Shown: piece after piece, positions 17,686 to 20,000 of the stretch | Position numbering within the stretch: the stretch's first letter is position 1 | Layout: each line of letters opens with the position of its first letter | Source: Trichodelitschia bisporula | Lineage: Eukaryota | Length of the DNA stretch: 20,000 nt | Reading direction: 5' to 3' | Assembly: GCA_010356995.1 (NCBI GenBank) | Contig: ML996690.1 | Location: 932,155-952,154, forward strand | The notes under the pieces: generated by a model | Databases searched by the model: none | What the model saw: the letters and a program-made list of their open reading frames with translations, nothing else | What the model was told of the DNA's origin: nothing | Position numbers and translations under genes: made by a program

Positions 17686-20000
17686 TTATGCGCCAAAGTG
17701 AACATACTGTGCCCAAAGCAGCGGTTGCTTTAAAAAGCCGTCCCTAACCTCCACTGCGGCCTTGTGCAGGGCCACTGCAACCGCTCTGTCGTCAAACTCT
17801 GCCACGCCGTCTTGAAAAACCCGGGAGTAGAACAATTTCGCAACCTTGACACATACTCTGTCACTGGACGGCCACAAGCACCCAACCACATGTCTAAATC
17901 CGGCTACTTGGAATCCACTGACGACGTGCACCACTTCGTCCATCAGCCTGGCTGCTTGATTTTCCGCAGTAGAGCATGCAGAAAGATATGCAATCTCGCC
18001 GTGTGGAAGCCGCATCTGAGATACTTGGCGAACACTAAGCGTTTCCCCTCCTAGCTTTCGGTCTGCTCCCCCAGCCGCCTGTAGAAGTAGGCCACTTTCG
18101 GACGGGTCGGTGGAATGCGATACTCCATGGCAAGCAAAATGAGCAATGTCAGACTCTCCAAGATGCCGCACAACCGTCGCAACGTCGGGCAGATCGAGAT
18201 GTCGTATCCGAGCGGAAGCCCCAACCGCGGCTTCGACCTCACACCGCTCAGCCTTCACTCCGTCAAGGCTGTGCGCATCTGGTGTAGTCCCCATAGTAAC
18301 AATGAGCAACGCCGGCTGGCGGCTACGTGATACAGCTTCGCCAGACGCCCGCTCTCTGGAATAAGCAAGAGCTTTGATTGATGGCGTGTATGACGACACA
18401 GCGCAACAGTATGCATTTTCCGATGCGTGTCCGGTTTCGCCGGCAGCGTGAAACGGGAAAGAACTAGCAAGGCCTGTGCCGATCCACCAGACCCTAGGCA
18501 AGGAGTCTGCTGAGAAGGAGTCTGCTGAGGTTTCGATACGGTACCGAAGCTCCTGAAAAACAAGCTTCACGCAGTTTTGCCACAACCACAAAAGGAATTC
18601 GCGATAGGCCTTGTTCCTTGCGCCACGATCGCCCGACGATGCATTGGTGAGGTCTCGATCCAGCCAATCTTTAGCTCCGGATGCACCGAGGAGAGGAAGG
18701 GGGATGGCTGCGCAATTGGTGGGTGAGATGATAATCGCATCGCTTCTGAGATCGGTGGCATTGACGACAATGATGCATCCTTCTGCTGAACACTTTTGCA
18801 TTTCTTCAATGGCGAGTGCCTTCTGGAACCGGCTGAATTGCGGTAGTCTCCGTATCTCCTCTGTGCACTTTTCCAGCTCTTCAATAGCCTCTGAGAATCT
18901 CTCCAGAGCTATCTGTCGTAGACGCTGATCGGTGTTGCTCTTGATGGGGGTATTGACTTCCTCGCGGAGGCTCTCGTATTTCGTGCAAAGATCCGGGTAC
19001 ACCGCTCGTAGCGCAGAAACGTCACTTCGATCGTCGATGAGGAGTCCGAGAATGAGTGCGCGTCCCTTCTCTAATACTTCTAGAGCCTCGCTTGGAGGTT
19101 TCCCCAATTGAAGGGCAAGAGAGCATGCGCTGGTCGCCAAACCAGAGAACAAGGAGACAACATGCTGCTGATCGTTCCGGCTCAATGATCGAGTGTGAAC
19201 GCGAGGGAGGAGATCGAGAGCATCAACTGAAATGCGATAAGCTGCCTCAAAGTCTTCTCGGTCTTGGAGCAACAAGAGAGCATGCCTGGAGGCACGTAAC
19301 CGGACGAACGGGGGAGCGTTGGGGCAATGCCAAGCCCGTCTATAGGTGTCGAGAGCTGCGGCACTTGAAGACTTTAGGAGAAGCGCCCCTCCCAAGCTGA
19401 GAAGATACGTTGCGAGATCTGGATGACCGCTAGGCGTGATATCGACTGCCGTCCGGGTCACTTTGACCGCCTCTTCGAGGTCGTCCATCTTGCCCGTCCG
19501 CCGATATCGGCTTGCGAGTTTGTTCCCCCAGTTGTTCAGCCATATTGCGAGATCTGGATGATCGCCAGGCGTGATATCGACTGCAGTTTGGGTCACTTTG
19601 ATCGCCTCTTCGAGGTCGTCCATCTTCCCCGTCCGCTCATATCGGCTTTCGAGTTCGGTCCCCAAGTTGTTCAGCCTCCCGGCGAGATCTGGATGATCGC
19701 TAGGCGTGACATCGATTGCCGTCTGGGTCACTTTGATCGCCTCTTCGAGGTCGTCCATCTTNNNNNNNNNNGGGTCACTTTGATCGCCTCTTCGAGGTCG
19801 TCCATCTTGCCCGTCCCTCGATATCGGCTTGCGAGATGGCTCCCCAAGTTGTTCAGCAGCACCGCGAGATTTGGATGATCGCTAGGCGTGATATCGACTG
19901 CCGTCCGGGTCACTTTGATCGCCTCTTCGAGGTTGTCCATCTTGCCCGTCCGCCGATATCGGCTTGCGAGTTTGTTCCCCAAGTTGTTCAGCCTCCCCGC
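17686..20000 (-). CDS. TPR-repeat CHAT (caspase-like, clan CD) protease, 5' end outside the window
   Basis: Open 690-aa frame from 19758 to 17686. CHAT motifs PRVWWIGTG, FPFHAAG, AHFACHG (catalytic His), AYLSACSTA (catalytic Cys), DEVVHVVSGFQVAGFRHVVGCLW and WAQYVHFGA are present. The N-terminal 45-aa TPR-like repeats continue beyond a 10-N gap (19762-19771). Confidence 0.93.
18500..18529 (-). repeat. Perfect in-frame 15-bp tandem duplication in the CHAT domain
   Basis: aaggagtctgctgag occurs twice, encoding SADSFSADSL. Confidence 0.9.
19400..20000 (-). repeat. 135-bp high-identity TPR coding repeat array
   Basis: MDDLEEA starts at 19758, 19623 and 19488 (period 135). Further units start at 19940 and 19805, beyond the gap. 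Confidence 0.93.

Noticed and set aside
19728..19982. Apparent frameshift between the 84-aa and 690-aa CHAT ORFs
   Set aside because: The shift coincides with the 10-N placeholder gap, so it is not evidence of pseudogenisation.
19400..20000. Regular repeats flanking variable segments, superficially CRISPR-like
   Set aside because: The units are 135-bp in-frame coding TPR repeats with no unique spacers, in a eukaryotic context.
1..20000. Gasdermin, HET/HeLo effector or Starship captain gene
   Set aside because: Looked for because of the CHAT/NLR context, but no supporting motifs were recognised in the window.

Overview
Filamentous-fungal (ascomycete-type) genomic DNA with short GT..CTAAC..AG introns and two assembly gaps, both inside coding tandem repeats. 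The window looks like an accessory, immunity-type region that has been rearranged repeatedly. It holds a damaged PNP_UDP-NACHT-WD40 NLR (5669-9608, +) facing an inverted, 5'-truncated NACHT-WD40 paralog (11171-13405, -). An apparently intact TPR-CHAT caspase-like protease with near-identical but locally hypervariable 135-bp repeats runs off the right edge (17686->20000, -). The left end has a small three-exon thioredoxin-fold gene with no cysteine. Between the genes lie Ty3/Gypsy remnants (protease; chromodomain-PPT-LTR; a related LTR in opposite orientation), two decayed F-box/DUF3506-like fragments, a ~1.2-kb fold-back with ~290-bp inverted arms, and coiled-coil and C2H2 zinc-finger gene remnants. 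All calls come from manual reading and remembered family motifs; no searches were run.
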